From: Candidatus Saccharibacteria bacterium UBA1944 | Lineage (GTDB): Bacteria; Patescibacteriota; Saccharimonadia; Saccharimonadales; Saccharimonadaceae | Direction of reading: 5' to 3' | DNA length: 64,000 bases | Assembly (NCBI GenBank): GCA_002336935.1 | Contig: DDEW01000002.1 | Span: 8,910-72,909, forward strand | In this document: positions 37,338-47,586 of the stretch, in pieces | Position numbering within the stretch: position 1 is the first letter of the stretch | Layout of the letters: each line of letters opens with the position of its first letter | Notes under the pieces: model-generated | Told to the model about the DNA's origin: nothing | What the model saw: the letters and a program-made list of their open reading frames with translations, nothing else | Databases searched by the model: none | Translations under genes and position numbers: made by a program

Positions 37338-37970
37338 ATGAGTGAACTCGCTGCATCACAGGTTGCTACCTACTGTTCGCGCGCGCAGGCCTTTTATACT
37401 CAGCAGGGTGAGCAAGGGGCACTGCCTTACCATCATTGGGGGCATGCACTTGATGTGTGTAAAAACGCCAAAGAATTGGCAGAAAAAGCTATTGAAGGAA
37501 CCGTCGATGCATCGCTACTGGAAGTGGCGGCTGCATGGCATGACGCGGCGTATCATGAACCGTTGGCAGGCTATTCCAGCAAAGAGGAGCGCTCAGCGGC
37601 ATTAGTGGAGCAGTATCTTGTGGAGTTAACGTCTGCGCAGTTGCAGCGAGTTCAACGCGCAATTATTGATACCACCGTCAGCCTCCATCCAAAATCTGGC
37701 CCCGAGGGCATTGCACTTCACTTTGCTGATATAGGGTATCTTGCATCCCTCGAATATTCCTCCTTTTATGAGCGACTTGCTGCAATGCGCGCAGAGTGGG
37801 GAGGCCCTTCGTGGCAAGAGACAGTGAAGCGCACTGAGACATTTGCGCAGCAAGTGATGGCTGAGGCGGCAATCGATCTTGTGCAAGTTTTGCCTGCATC
37901 GGAGGCACACGCATGGATAGAGCGGGTTAAGCGTAATGTGCAAAATTTAGCAGCGGGGAAGGGCAAGTAA
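37338..37970 (+). CDS. HD-superfamily phosphohydrolase
   Basis: PYHHWGHALDV, AAAWHDA, E.RSA, LHFADI. TATACT lies 6 nt upstream of ATG 37338; TAATG overlap with ruvC. Confidence 0.72.
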   Translation: MSELAASQVATYCSRAQAFYTQQGEQGALPYHHWGHALDVCKNAKELAEKAIEGTVDASLLEVAAAWHDAAYHEPLAGYSSKEERSAALVEQYLVELTSAQLQRVQRAIIDTTVSLHPKSGPEGIALHFADIGYLASLEYSSFYERLAAMRAEWGGPSWQETVKRTETFAQQVMAEAAIDLVQVLPASEAHAWIERVKRNVQNLAAGKGK

Positions 37971-38446
37971 TGCGAATTATTGGCATTGATCCTGGAACGG
38001 GCATCTTGGGGTTTGGCGTGATTGATGCGACAAAAGGGAAGACAAAACTAGTGACAGCAGGGGTGATCACTACCCCACCCCATACTCCCCTTCCCGATCG
38101 ACTGGAAGAAATTTATGATGGATTAACGCAGATTATTGCCGAAACGAACCCTGAAGTTATGGCGATTGAGAAACTCTTCTTTAATCAAAATATTACTACT
38201 GCTATGAGCGTTTCGCATGCACGCGGCGTGGCAATGTTAACAGGACAGCAGGCGAAATTGCGAATCGAGGAGTACACCCCGCTACAAATTAAGCAGACCA
38301 TGACGGGGTATGGACGCGCCGATAAGAAGCAAATGCAGGAAATGGTACGTATGCAGCTTGGGCTTTCAGAGGCACCGAAGCCCGATGACTGTGCCGATGC
38401 ACTAGCTGCTGCTATTATGGCTGCGTTTACGCTGCGAGGCCAATAG
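37970..38446 (+). CDS. ruvC: Holliday junction resolvase RuvC
   Basis: IIGIDPG...GFGVI, AIEKLFF.QN, EYTPLQIK...TGYG.ADK.Q, DDCADALA. Confidence 0.96.
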   Translation: MRIIGIDPGTGILGFGVIDATKGKTKLVTAGVITTPPHTPLPDRLEEIYDGLTQIIAETNPEVMAIEKLFFNQNITTAMSVSHARGVAMLTGQQAKLRIEEYTPLQIKQTMTGYGRADKKQMQEMVRMQLGLSEAPKPDDCADALAAAIMAAFTLRGQ

Positions 38447-38462
38447 GGGTATAATGATACGT

Positions 38463-40850
38463 ATGAAACGTATCAAACAGCCAGCACGCTTGAACCGCTA
38501 TACTAACTTGGCGGGTAGCAAGCCAGCTGCCCGAAAACGGCCCGTTCGTAAGAGACGACTAGCTTGGTTTAAGAAGTTAAGCCGTAAAAAGAAGATAATG
38601 GTGATAGCGGCACCACTCCTGGCCTTTTTGATCCTGACACCGATTGTGACGTACTTGGTATACGCTCGCGATATTTCTGATCAAGAACGACTGATGAACC
38701 GCAATAACACAGGAATTGTCCTTAAAGACAAAGACGGTAAGGCGTTTTATACCATTGGGCGAGCCGAACATCGGACGATGGTTCCATTGACAGATATTTC
38801 ACCAAGCGTCAAAGAAGCGCTGATTGCCACCGAAGACAAAGACTTTTACAAGCATGGCGGGTTTAGCATCTTCAGTATTTTCCGAGCGCTCTTCACTCGA
38901 GTTGGTGGCGGTTCAACCATTACTCAGCAGTTGGCAAAAAATACCGTGCTCAGTGATGAGCGCAGTGTGCTTCGCAAGTATCAAGAACTCGCAGTGGCAA
39001 TTGCTATTGAGCAAAACTATTCAAAGGATGAGATACTAGCGATGTATCTAAACTCTGTGTACTATGGCGAGAATGCTTTTGGAATTGATGAGGCTGCCAG
39101 AGTATATTTCAAAAAATCACCAAAAGATCTGACACTGGGTGAAAGTTCGATGCTGATAGGAATTTTGCCAGCACCAAGCGCCTACTCACCAATCAGCGGC
39201 AATGTTGAGTATGCCAAACAGCGCCAAAATACGGTTTTAACGCGCATGGTTAATAATGGTTACATTACTGAAGAACAAAAGAAAGCCGCACAAGCAGAAG
39301 AATTGGTCTATGGTGAAGGCGCAAAAACTGAAAAATCAATTGCCCCGCACTTTGTCGAAATGGTCATCAATGAATTGAGTGAAAAGTACGGCTACGAGAA
39401 AGTAATGCGCTCAGGGTTTCAGGTAACAACCACACTGGATAGTAGTGCCCAAACAATCCTAAACGATAATGTTGCCAATCAGGTTGCCTACGTGAATGCT
39501 AATGGTGGTTCAAACATCAGTGCGGTAGTAGTTGACCCAAAGAGTGGCGAGGTTCGTGCACTCGTAGGAAGTGCTGATTACCAGAACGAAAAGTGGGGCA
39601 AGGTCAACATGGTGACGACACCACGCCAGCCAGGCAGTAGTTTTAAACCAATTTATTATTCACAGGCACTCGCGGATGGGGTGATTACACCAGCAACGGT
39701 ATTTATGGATGAAGAGACCGATTTTGGCGGGGGGTATAAGCCAAAGAACGCAAGCCGCCAGTGGTATGGTAATGTATCCGTGCGCAAGGCGCTCAACTGG
39801 TCCCTGAATATTCCAAGTATAAAAGTAATGCAGAAATATAGTATTGATAAGTCGGTGGCGGGCGCTAAGAAGCTTGGCATTGTGCTTGATGAAAAACGTG
39901 ATCATAACTTGACGCTTGCACTCGGCTCAGAAGAAGTTCCTTTAATGACAATGACAAATGCCTATGCCGCCTTTGCAAACGAGGGCCAGCAATACACCAA
40001 CACAGTGATTAAACAAGTGAATGATAAGTTTAATAAAACTGTTATGAAAGCAAATGCAGTTGCTAAGCAAGCTATTAACAAAGAGGGTGCTTACCTCATA
40101 TCCAACATTCTGTCTGATAACCAAGCTCGTTCAGGGGTATTTGGTGCTTCGCTGACGGTGTACGGACATACGGCTGCTGTCAAGACTGGAACGACCGATG
40201 ATTCACGTGACGCGTGGACAATCGGCTATAACCCTGATTACGCGATTGGAGTGTGGGTGGGCAACAATGACAACACTGCAATGAACAATGGTGGTGCAGG
40301 CATGGCAGGTCCAGTATGGCGCAAGACGATGCAGCAGCTTCTGCAGGGGCAATCGGACAAGAAATTTACGATGCCAGGTAGCATTGTGCAGCGCAGCGTG
40401 TGCATAAAGAACGGTGGGCTCGCGACCAAAAGCGGCTCTGGAACATACAATGAATATTTTATGGCGGGCGCCTTGCCGACTGAGAGTTGCACACCTGAGC
40501 CAGTTATGATTACTGTGTGTAATTTGTCAACTAAAAAGACTGAGTCAATTGATGAGGCAGACTACAATGACACGGCGTACTCAAAGAATCTCGACGAGTG
40601 TAAGCCAAAAGAAATATCTGTCTGTGATTTGACAACAGGCAAGGTAGTGAGCATCGATGAATCGGCGTATGATGCAACAAAATATTCGCGGGACACGGCT
40701 AATTGCAAAAAGTCTACGACAACCAACAAAGTTGAGGCATGCGATACCACAACGGGTAACGTTGTGATGGTTGATCCGTCACAAATTGATGGTGAACGTT
40801 ACACAAACAACGTGAACAATTGTCAAAAGGCAACATCCACAACACCGTAA
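38463..40850 (+). CDS. Class A penicillin-binding protein with C-terminal Cys repeats
   Basis: Transglycosylase ATEDKDFYKH, GGSTITQQLAKN, YLNSVYYG; transpeptidase SSFK, SLN, KTGT. Three ~33-aa VC.L.T...V.ID repeats at the C-terminus. Confidence 0.92.
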   Translation: MKRIKQPARLNRYTNLAGSKPAARKRPVRKRRLAWFKKLSRKKKIMVIAAPLLAFLILTPIVTYLVYARDISDQERLMNRNNTGIVLKDKDGKAFYTIGRAEHRTMVPLTDISPSVKEALIATEDKDFYKHGGFSIFSIFRALFTRVGGGSTITQQLAKNTVLSDERSVLRKYQELAVAIAIEQNYSKDEILAMYLNSVYYGENAFGIDEAARVYFKKSPKDLTLGESSMLIGILPAPSAYSPISGNVEYAKQRQNTVLTRMVNNGYITEEQKKAAQAEELVYGEGAKTEKSIAPHFVEMVINELSEKYGYEKVMRSGFQVTTTLDSSAQTILNDNVANQVAYVNANGGSNISAVVVDPKSGEVRALVGSADYQNEKWGKVNMVTTPRQPGSSFKPIYYSQALADGVITPATVFMDEETDFGGGYKPKNASRQWYGNVSVRKALNWSLNIPSIKVMQKYSIDKSVAGAKKLGIVLDEKRDHNLTLALGSEEVPLMTMTNAYAAFANEGQQYTNTVIKQVNDKFNKTVMKANAVAKQAINKEGAYLISNILSDNQARSGVFGASLTVYGHTAAVKTGTTDDSRDAWTIGYNPDYAIGVWVGNNDNTAMNNGGAGMAGPVWRKTMQQLLQGQSDKKFTMPGSIVQRSVCIKNGGLATKSGSGTYNEYFMAGALPTESCTPEPVMITVCNLSTKKTESIDEADYNDTAYSKNLDECKPKEISVCDLTTGKVVSIDESAYDATKYSRDTANCKKSTTTNKVEACDTTTGNVVMVDPSQIDGERYTNNVNNCQKATSTTP

Positions 40851-40877
40851 AGCAACGCAGTATGCGATAATAGGATT

Positions 40878-41450
40878 ATGATTGCGCATATATTCGGAAA
40901 TGTGGCTGAAAAGTTTGGTAGCACAATAATTGTTGATGTGGGTGGTGTAGGCTACGAAGTGAATGTAGCGGCCAATGACTATGATGCGGTAAAGTACGGT
41001 GATGCAGCGAAGTTCTACACCTATCATCATATACGCGAACAGAGTCAAGAGCTGTTTGGATTCAGCTCGCTTGCTGCAAAAAAACTTTTTGAGCTACTTA
41101 TTACAGTGCAGGGTGTCGGCCCAAAAGTTGCCCTCGCAATACTGAGCCTTGACCAAGCGGAACATGTGCGTAACGCCATTGCAAATGCCGACAGTGCGTT
41201 TATTGGCAAGGCAAGTGGTGTTGGCAAAAAAACTGCGGAACGAGTGGTAGTAGATTTGAGTGATAAAGTTGGCATGCCAGTGATATACAAAAAATCAGGT
41301 CCAGTACAAACGGGGCTCGACACGACCGACGAAGCACTAGAGGCACTGATTGCTCTTGGCTACAGTTTGACGGATGCCTCAAAAGCGCTTGAGGGAGTTG
41401 ATGCTACCCTCACGACGAGTGAGCGCGTAAGACAGGCACTCAAGGGGTAG
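40878..41450 (+). CDS. ruvA: Holliday junction branch migration protein RuvA
   Basis: MIAHI.G, DVGGVGYEV, LITVQGVGPKVAL, GVGKKTAERVVVDL, EALEALIALGY. Confidence 0.96.
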   Translation: MIAHIFGNVAEKFGSTIIVDVGGVGYEVNVAANDYDAVKYGDAAKFYTYHHIREQSQELFGFSSLAAKKLFELLITVQGVGPKVALAILSLDQAEHVRNAIANADSAFIGKASGVGKKTAERVVVDLSDKVGMPVIYKKSGPVQTGLDTTDEALEALIALGYSLTDASKALEGVDATLTTSERVRQALKG

Positions 41451-41453
41451 TAT

Positions 41454-42467
41454 ATGGCTATTGAACGGATCGTCGACACAAGCAATCATGATGACGGTGA
41501 AGAACAGCAAATTGAGGTGACGCTGCGGCCCCAAACATTTGCTGAATATGTAGGCCAAGAGCGATTAAAGAAAAATTTGAAGCTCAGCATTGATGCCGCT
41601 AAAAAGCGCGGCGAGCCAATTGACCATGTGCTGCTGTATGGACCTCCTGGTTTGGGCAAAACTACAATGGCAACCGTTATTGCAAATGAAATGGGCAAGG
41701 CAGTGCGCGTAACGGCAGGCCCTGCTATTGAACGTGCCGGAGATTTGGCAAGCATTCTCACTAACCTGGGCGACGGTGATATATTGTTTATCGACGAAAT
41801 TCACCGGTTGAGTCGTGCCGTAGAAGAAGTCTTATATAGTGCGATGGAGGATTTCAAGCTCGATATTGTCATTGGCAAAGGACCGGCTGCTCGGAGCGTG
41901 CGGCTTGATTTACCAAAGTTTACCGTGATTGGCGCAACGACACGCACAGGCGCACTTGCCGCGCCGCTTCGTGATAGATTTGGACATATTTATCGGCTGG
42001 AGTTTTATACTCCTGAGGAAATTGCGCGCATTATCACTCGAAGTGCCGCTATCCTTGAGAGCAAAATTGATGCGAGTAGCGCAAGACTTCTCTCAACACG
42101 AGCACGGTTGACTCCCCGTATCGCCAATCGTCTTCTCAAGCGCGTTCGCGACTACGCTGACGTTAATGGTGATGGTATTATTGATACGCAAACAACGGTA
42201 AAAGCGCTGGATATGCTTGAAATTGACTCGCTAGGGCTTGATCCGGCTGATCGACTGCTCTTAACGAGCATGATTGATAACTATGGTATGAACCCGATTG
42301 GGCTTACGACGCTCGCAGCGCTCACGGGTGATGAGACGACGACAATTGAAGATTTTTACGAACCTTACCTACTACAGATTGGGTTTATTGAGCGTACGCC
42401 TCGGGGTCGCCGGGCAACACCAAAAGCCTACAAACACCTTGGTAAGGCCTATACAGATGAAGAATAG
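41454..42467 (+). CDS. ruvB: Holliday junction helicase RuvB
   Basis: [49 protein letters not shown]. Confidence 0.97.
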   Translation: MAIERIVDTSNHDDGEEQQIEVTLRPQTFAEYVGQERLKKNLKLSIDAAKKRGEPIDHVLLYGPPGLGKTTMATVIANEMGKAVRVTAGPAIERAGDLASILTNLGDGDILFIDEIHRLSRAVEEVLYSAMEDFKLDIVIGKGPAARSVRLDLPKFTVIGATTRTGALAAPLRDRFGHIYRLEFYTPEEIARIITRSAAILESKIDASSARLLSTRARLTPRIANRLLKRVRDYADVNGDGIIDTQTTVKALDMLEIDSLGLDPADRLLLTSMIDNYGMNPIGLTTLAALTGDETTTIEDFYEPYLLQIGFIERTPRGRRATPKAYKHLGKAYTDEE

Positions 42468-42481
42468 AGTATAATAAAGGC

Positions 42482-43336
42482 ATGGTATCGCCATTAGTAA
42501 AGAAGTGGGAGCATAGAGAACGATCCATGAGTGAGCGAGAGCACGAAAATATTCGACAAAAACGAGAAGAACTAGCTGAGCGTGAGGCCGAACAGGCTGC
42601 TCAACGTCCAGTTGCATATGATGCAGATGGCCAGCCGTTGTATGCAGCCCCAACTGATCAAGTGCCACCTGCTACAAGCATGCCGCATCAGGTAGTGCAT
42701 GTCGCGCGCGCCACTGAACCTGTTCCTGTGGAAGTATCAGAAGAAACGCGTAAACGTCATGAGGATTCGAAAAAACACTTCCCGTGGCTCAACCTGAGTG
42801 AGCACGAATATATCATTAGTGCAATTCGACGTCATCCCATTGGTATGTGGGGGCCATTGCTAGCAACGGGCTTGTCGGTTTCAATGATGTTCATTCTCAT
42901 TCTTAATTACCCATACTTTAGCGATACGATAGGTTTGCCTGCTGAATCATTTGGCTTAATTCTGCTTATTGGTGTATTGCTTGCTATTTTATTCTTGATT
43001 GGCGGTTATTTAGCTATTTGGGTATATATGAATAATCGTTTTTTCCTTACGAATGAGAGTGTGATTCAGGAGATACAGGCGAGCGTATTTTCTCGCCGTG
43101 AACAAACGGTGAGCCTGATGAATGTCGAAGATGCGAGCTTTAGCCAGCGCGGACCGCTGCAGACAATTCTCAACTACGGCTCCATTCGTTTGAGTACAGA
43201 AGGCGAGGAAACTACCTATCGCTTTGATTACGTTGCCGATCCAAAGGAGCAAATTGCTATTTTGAACAACGCCGTTGAAGCATTCAAAAACGGCCGACCC
43301 GTAGAGGGTCCGGCCGCCGAGAATGACAAGAATTAA
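42482..43336 (+). CDS. Membrane protein with bacterial PH (bPH_2) domain
   Basis: Two TM helices, then FFLTNE.VIQ..Q.S.F.R....VSL.NVED.S..Q.GPLQ.ILNYGSI.LST.G. Confidence 0.7.
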   Translation: MVSPLVKKWEHRERSMSEREHENIRQKREELAEREAEQAAQRPVAYDADGQPLYAAPTDQVPPATSMPHQVVHVARATEPVPVEVSEETRKRHEDSKKHFPWLNLSEHEYIISAIRRHPIGMWGPLLATGLSVSMMFILILNYPYFSDTIGLPAESFGLILLIGVLLAILFLIGGYLAIWVYMNNRFFLTNESVIQEIQASVFSRREQTVSLMNVEDASFSQRGPLQTILNYGSIRLSTEGEETTYRFDYVADPKEQIAILNNAVEAFKNGRPVEGPAAENDKN

Positions 43337-43729
43337 TTATTTATTTCGATTGGTTTTGACAAAGTCGCCTTCACGTTCCATGGTGCTGCGTAGTTCATAC
43401 GCCTTACACTGTCCTTCGGTGCCACAATCTTTCCCTATATAGCGGTAATCGCTCTCACTTTCACCGAGCTTGGTGCCGTAGGGGTCGCTGAAGAGTGATG
43501 CATCCATGGCACGAAGTGTTTTGCTGTCAATACTGGCAGGGTAAAATTTGTTCTTTTCATAGTAAACTTCTTCGAGATTGTAATACATGGCGTTGATGGC
43601 AATCTTGCGTGCGGCGTCGCGCTGGACCGCATCCACGCGCTCTTTCTCGCTAAAAAATAGCCATGTCCCTACGCCTAACAGAACAATCACAACAACGAGT
43701 TCTATAACAGTAAAACCTTTACGCTTCAT
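43337..43729 (-). CDS. Type IV pilin-like protein
   Basis: Class III signal KRKG/FTVIELVVVIV; RDAARK.AI...LE.YY..N.FYP; C-terminal Cys pair. TATAAT 7 nt upstream. Confidence 0.85.
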   Translation of the reverse strand: MKRKGFTVIELVVVIVLLGVGTWLFFSEKERVDAVQRDAARKIAINAMYYNLEEVYYEKNKFYPASIDSKTLRAMDASLFSDPYGTKLGESESDYRYIGKDCGTEGQCKAYELRSTMEREGDFVKTNRNK

Positions 43730-43821
43730 TAGCAGTATTATAGCACGATGCATGAGCAATCAGCTAGCCGCGGAGCAAGAAAATGCGGTATACTAAGGCA
43801 TAGTAAGTAAAGGGGAAAATA

Positions 43822-44859
43822 ATGGCAAAAAAGACTGAAAGTAAGACACTAGCCGAAAAACCGACTGCCGATGAAGGAAAGCTCAAAGCCCTAGGCCTTG
43901 CGATGGATCAAATCACTAAGCAGTTTGGCGATGGATCAATCATGAAGTTGGGCGAGGCAAAAAAAGTAGATGTAGAACTACTGCCTAGCGGCAGCCTCAG
44001 CCTTGATATTGCATTGGGTGGTGGATACCCTAAGGGACGAATTATTGAAATTTATGGACCAGAGAGTTCCGGCAAAACAACACTCACTCTCCACGCGATT
44101 GCAGAGATGCAGAAACAGGGCGGTACGGCAGCATTTATCGATGCTGAGCATGCGCTGGACCCAGCTTACGCCAAGCGCCTTGGTGTTGACACCGATAACC
44201 TACTTGTAAGCCAACCAGATAACGGTGAGCAAGCACTGGAAATTGTAGAAACGCTCGTGCGTAGCAACGCGGTTGACCTGATTGTTGTCGACTCTGTGGC
44301 GGCGCTTGTACCCCAGGCAGAGATTGATGGCGATATGGGTGACAGCCATATGGGCTTGCAGGCTCGGCTTATGAGCCAAGCGTTACGTAAGCTTACTGGT
44401 ATCATCAATAAATCACATGCAACCGTTATTTTCATTAATCAGATTCGCATGAAAATTGGCGTGATGTTTGGTAATCCAGAGACGACCACGGGCGGTAATG
44501 CACTGAAGTTCTACGCCAGCGTGCGAGCGGACATTCGTCGCACCGGTCAGATTAAAGAAGGCGAAGAGATTATCGGTAATCGTACTAAAGTGAAAATTGT
44601 GAAGAACAAAATTGCGCCGCCATTCCGCGTCGCTGAGTTTGACATTATGTATAACGAAGGTATTAGTAAAACGGGCGACGTGCTTGATTTGGCTGTACAA
44701 CATGGTGTTGTGGGCAAAAGTGGCGCATGGTTCGACTATAACGAGGCCAAGATTGGTCAGGGTAGGGAGTCAACCAAGAAGTACTTGAAGGATACCCCAG
44801 ATGTTCTTGCAGAAATTGAAGCGAAAGTTCGCGAAAAAGTTGCTGCCGAAGCAGAGTAA
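43822..44859 (+). CDS. recA: Recombinase RecA
   Basis: [49 protein letters not shown]. Confidence 0.98.
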   Translation: MAKKTESKTLAEKPTADEGKLKALGLAMDQITKQFGDGSIMKLGEAKKVDVELLPSGSLSLDIALGGGYPKGRIIEIYGPESSGKTTLTLHAIAEMQKQGGTAAFIDAEHALDPAYAKRLGVDTDNLLVSQPDNGEQALEIVETLVRSNAVDLIVVDSVAALVPQAEIDGDMGDSHMGLQARLMSQALRKLTGIINKSHATVIFINQIRMKIGVMFGNPETTTGGNALKFYASVRADIRRTGQIKEGEEIIGNRTKVKIVKNKIAPPFRVAEFDIMYNEGISKTGDVLDLAVQHGVVGKSGAWFDYNEAKIGQGRESTKKYLKDTPDVLAEIEAKVREKVAAEAE

Positions 44860-44867
44860 CGACTGCT

Positions 44868-45509
44868 GTGATGAAAATCACCGACATCTCCATTCAGGCT
44901 AAAAATAATGATCGGGTGAACATCAGTGTTGATGGCGTATACCGGTTTAGTCTTGATGTCTTCCAACTGGGTGAATTGGGAATTAAACGGGGGAATGAGT
45001 ATACGGAGGAGGAGCTTGAGGCTCTTGAAACCGAAAGCCTATTTGGTAAGCTCTATGCACGTGCAGTGGAATATACAATGCTACGCCCGCATAGCAGCAA
45101 AGAACTCCGTGATTACTTGTGGAAAAAAACTTTAGACAAAAGAGGGAAGGAGGGGAGAATAAAAAAGGGATACTCCCCTGCCCTCACACAACGCGTCTAT
45201 AAGAGGATTTTAGCTAAAGGATATGTAAATGACGAGGCGTTTACTCGGTTTTGGGTGCAAAATCGTCACCAGGCTAAAGGTGCTTCCAGGCGTAAGCTGA
45301 TTTCTGAACTACGTGTCAAAGGTATCGAGAGTAATGTCATAGAGACAGTGTTGGCCGACGTGGGCAGGAATGATCAAGATGAGTTGGCTAAAATGATGGG
45401 CAAAAAACGGGCAAAATACCCCGAAGATGTAAAACTCATGCAGTATCTTGTCCGCCAAGGATTTTCGTATGATGATGTGAAGCGCGCGATAACCAAAGCG
45501 GAGGACTAA
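44868..45509 (+). CDS. recX: Regulatory protein RecX
   Basis: Downstream of recA; RPHS.KEL..YL, GYVNDEAF...WV..R, S.RKL..EL..KGI, YL.RQGF.YD. Start is GTG 44868 or ATG 44871. Confidence 0.88.
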   Translation: MMKITDISIQAKNNDRVNISVDGVYRFSLDVFQLGELGIKRGNEYTEEELEALETESLFGKLYARAVEYTMLRPHSSKELRDYLWKKTLDKRGKEGRIKKGYSPALTQRVYKRILAKGYVNDEAFTRFWVQNRHQAKGASRRKLISELRVKGIESNVIETVLADVGRNDQDELAKMMGKKRAKYPEDVKLMQYLVRQGFSYDDVKRAITKAED

Positions 45510-46090
45510 TGATGATCAGACTGAATCTGCTCATGGGCTGGTTCCGACTTGCGAAACGGATTGACGTAGCTACCAACAACTTCGTGCAACTCTGGTTCGG
45601 GCGTTTCTGCCTGGCTGTGAACAACAATGGCGGTGTCATTGATTTCAATAATTTGTGAACGATGGATTAAGAGTTCGGTGTCGTTAAGACTTTTAAAAAG
45701 TGGGCGCTTTACCGTCAATTGCTGAACAACAAAGCCACCCGTATCAATGGTGTAGTCGATGACCTTTCCTAGTTTCTGCTTCCTTTCGTCGGCAACGTTC
45801 ATGCCAACGAGATGAAAGTTGAGTTTATAAATATCGTTGAGCTTAATAATATCATCCGGTAAGACAAACTCATCAGCCGAATCAACGATCATTCCTACGT
45901 CGCTGAGTTCACGAACGTCAGCTAGCCGGAGGAGCGACGGATGCTCAGAGAGGAGTGGCCCTTCGAGCTCATAGGCAATAATGAATAGATTTGCTGGGTC
46001 AATAATTGCTTGTTTTGTTCGCGCCAGCTCGGCACCGGTTTGCAAACCCATGACAGGGGTGTTGAGGAGTGAGGAGCCAAGAAGCATCAT
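45506..46090 (-). CDS. Tandem PRC-barrel domain protein
   Basis: PVMGLQTG.EL......IIDP..L.I.AY and KLGKV.DY.ID...F.VQQL.VK. TATACT lies 6 nt upstream of ATG 46090. Confidence 0.7.
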   Translation of the reverse strand: MMLLGSSLLNTPVMGLQTGAELARTKQAIIDPANLFIIAYELEGPLLSEHPSLLRLADVRELSDVGMIVDSADEFVLPDDIIKLNDIYKLNFHLVGMNVADERKQKLGKVIDYTIDTGGFVVQQLTVKRPLFKSLNDTELLIHRSQIIEINDTAIVVHSQAETPEPELHEVVGSYVNPFRKSEPAHEQIQSDHH

Positions 46091-46103
46091 ATGACTAGTA
46101 TAC

Positions 46104-46382
46104 CTACATAAATGGGTTAGTTCTACCTGCTGGCAATACGAATGGGGTTGTCTCGGTAGAAGAACGATTAAGTTTGTTAATCTTTTCGATGGTTGCGGTG
46201 TCGAATTTATCGATGCCCGCTGTCGGCTGCTCAACGGCACGTTCGTTGATAGATTGGTTGATCATGAAAGTAGCAAGAGCGAGACCACCAATGACAGACA
46301 AGACAAAAAGAATGATGTGATAACGATGGAGAAAATGCGAAAGAGCTTTGCTAAGCTGTTGGGTGCTGATATCTGTTTTCAT
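46104..46382 (-). CDS. Small pilus-associated membrane protein
   Basis: Last gene of the pil operon; one TM helix; ends GRTNPF, a motif typical of PilP-position proteins. Confidence 0.5.
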   Translation of the reverse strand: MKTDISTQQLSKALSHFLHRYHIILFVLSVIGGLALATFMINQSINERAVEQPTAGIDKFDTATIEKINKLNRSSTETTPFVLPAGRTNPFM

Positions 46383-47029
46383 TATCGTACGTATACCTCA
46401 ATTGTTAGAACATCACTGGTAACTTCATTGCCCTTTGCATCGGCAGGACGAGAAAGAGTAACTTGGGAGATACGCATTTTGAATAAGCTTCCTTCTATTG
46501 AATGAATAAAACGTAGCATAGCATTGTAGTCAACCGGGTTTTTGAGTGTCACGGTGGCGGTCATTGACTTAACCCCACTGGGAACCGCACTGGTGTTCCC
46601 AGTGGCAGCGGCAGATGAGTTATTTGCGGTTGTCGGTGAGCTAGAGGTTGTTGCGCTAGGTGTGGTAGGCGTAACTTTGGCATCAGCGAAGGTAATATTA
46701 GTGACGCTCAGTCCAGCGTTGTTTGCAAAGTTATTGATGTCACGAATAATCTGGTCCTGATAAACGTAACTTTTACTTGCCGCGACTATTTGAGAGGCTC
46801 GCTCTACGGTATCTTGCTTCTCCGCTAATTCGCGCTTAACGACAATAAGGTTCTGTAGACTCGAGTTACTTGCCTGCGCCTCCGCAGCGGTGGTGCGCGC
46901 TTTTGCTGAATAATCGGCCAGCACATTATAGCCAACCATGAATACGCCTCCCCCAGCGCCGACAAGCAACACAAGGCAGGCAATTAAGATGAGGCGAAGC
47001 TTTGCTGGGTTAAGACGAGAATGGTTCAT
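46382..47029 (-). CDS. pilO: Type IV pilus assembly protein, PilO-like
   Basis: N-terminal TM, coiled coil, DINNFA..AGL.V..I, Y.AMLRFIHSIEGS; follows the pilN-like gene. Confidence 0.65.
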   Translation of the reverse strand: MNHSRLNPAKLRLILIACLVLLVGAGGGVFMVGYNVLADYSAKARTTAAEAQASNSSLQNLIVVKRELAEKQDTVERASQIVAASKSYVYQDQIIRDINNFANNAGLSVTNITFADAKVTPTTPSATTSSSPTTANNSSAAATGNTSAVPSGVKSMTATVTLKNPVDYNAMLRFIHSIEGSLFKMRISQVTLSRPADAKGNEVTSDVLTIEVYVR

Positions 47030-47586
47030 TGCTTGAGCGCCTCCCGTGAGAAAGTGACATTGTACACAGCGGTATATTGATAGTCAGATGCTGGTTTTTC
47101 TTCCTTCGTAACTGATTGAAAGCTCACGTCTGAAAACAAAGGAGATTTTTGGAGGCTTGCTTTGATATCAATGGCAAGACCGTATGACTTGGTATGAATA
47201 GTGAGCACGGTAGGCGTACCGAAGCTTTCTGGGTTTAGTGCAAGTGTATCGAGGCGGGCATCTTGTGGCAATGCAGCGGCAACGCCAGTAATGAGCTTTG
47301 TATATGGCACCTGTTTGTCTAGGATTACTTTTGCTGTAGCAAGATCGGATTTAAACTGTGTGGCAAGCTGCTTCGTTTCGGCATAGCCATTGGTTTTTTG
47401 TTCATTCTCTTGGATAACGGCCTCATTGCGAGCCTTATCGTTACCAATGATAAGGTATACACCCACCATCTCGACAATAAGAACGGCGATAACGAGGGCC
47501 ATAAGAAACACATAGCGACGAAGCAAGGTATTGGTTCGTGCTGCGGCAAGCTGGCGTCGGTCGTCGGGTGCGAGAAGGTTTATCAT
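47026..47586 (-). CDS. pilN: Type IV pilus assembly protein, PilN-like
   Basis: MINLL.P start, TM helix, coiled coil, LP.D..L..L, L..SPLFSDV. Confidence 0.75.
   Translation of the reverse strand: MINLLAPDDRRQLAAARTNTLLRRYVFLMALVIAVLIVEMVGVYLIIGNDKARNEAVIQENEQKTNGYAETKQLATQFKSDLATAKVILDKQVPYTKLITGVAAALPQDARLDTLALNPESFGTPTVLTIHTKSYGLAIDIKASLQKSPLFSDVSFQSVTKEEKPASDYQYTAVYNVTFSREALKQ

Noticed and set aside
43760-43822. LexA/SOS box upstream of recA
   Set aside because: I found no CTGT-N8-ACAG or GAAC-N4-GTTC match in the short intergenic region.
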